Shown: positions 33,460 through 33,471 of the stretch, piece after piece
How the letters are laid out: each line of letters starts with the position of its first letter
How positions within the stretch are numbered: the stretch's first letter is position 1
Source of the DNA: an uncultured Dehalococcoidia bacterium
Lineage (GTDB): Bacteria; Chloroflexota; Dehalococcoidia; UBA2247; RBG-13-53-26
Assembly (NCBI GenBank): GCA_964624525.1
Contig: CAZUZX010000002.1
Location: 1-33,471 of the forward strand
Length of the DNA: 33,471 nucleotides
Direction of reading: 5' to 3'
Made by a program: the position numbers and the translations under genes
Notes under the pieces: generated by a model
Databases searched by the model: none
Told to the model about the DNA's origin: nothing
The model's input: only the letters and a program-made list of their open reading frames with translations

Positions 33460-33471
33460 GACAGAGATGTT

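Noticed and set aside
1-33471. Circular replicon or complete circular contig, suggested by matching sequence at both ends
   Set aside because: The end repeats are not collinear (7-nt versus 92-nt spacer), and 12 nt follow the right copy. The content is chromosomal housekeeping (aaRS, ftsH, rsmI). There are no replication, partition, integrase or phage genes.
1-33471. CRISPR array formed by the recurring short palindromic repeats
   Set aside because: The repeats belong to several different families, occur singly or in irregular stacks, are scattered over 33 kb, and lack evenly sized unique spacers. No cas genes are present.

Overview
This 33.5 kb window is bacterial, about 90% coding, and most genes lie on the minus strand. 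All family calls come from reading motifs in the supplied translations. No homology search, structure prediction or whole-window statistics were run. Gene content (bacterial NrpR homologue, short ThrRS) and the intergenic repeat types hint at a Chloroflexota/Dehalococcoidia-like genome, but that is only a guess.

Contents from left to right:
- **Nitrogen / 2-oxoglutarate locus:** PP-loop ATPase, NrpR-like repressor, LhgO-like FAD oxidoreductase, a GltB-like FMN/FeS subunit behind a NuoE/NuoF/NuoG-N-terminal-like electron-input module, hisF, and an intact glnA followed by the 3' remnant of a second, different glnA.
- **Housekeeping block 1:** thrS, tRNA-Val(GAC), macro-domain protein, gamma-carbonic-anhydrase-like protein, Trm112-like protein, and a folP-folK-PTPS/QueD folate cluster interrupted by a repeat element.
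- **Unlisted small genes:** two tandem desulforedoxin-like genes that are absent from the ORF track.
- **Housekeeping block 2:** GYD protein, M50/CBS protease, speE, and an ornithine-decarboxylase-like gene.
- **Candidate novel system (21488-23444):** an AT-richer, translationally coupled four-gene cassette. It encodes an N6/N4-MTase-like protein lacking the DPPY motif, a 72-75 aa protein, a PUA/EVE-like domain fused to a NucS-like PD-(D/E)xK nuclease, and an acidic 70 aa protein. It starts 28 nt downstream of a MrfA-type DEAH/DUF1998 helicase.
- **Housekeeping block 3:** DUF503 protein, ftsH, moaE, polyprenyl synthase, metG, rsmI and pcm.

Most of the longer intergenic gaps hold copies of several short palindromic or MITE-like repeat families. 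These repeats also generate spurious ORFs and mark both ends of the window.
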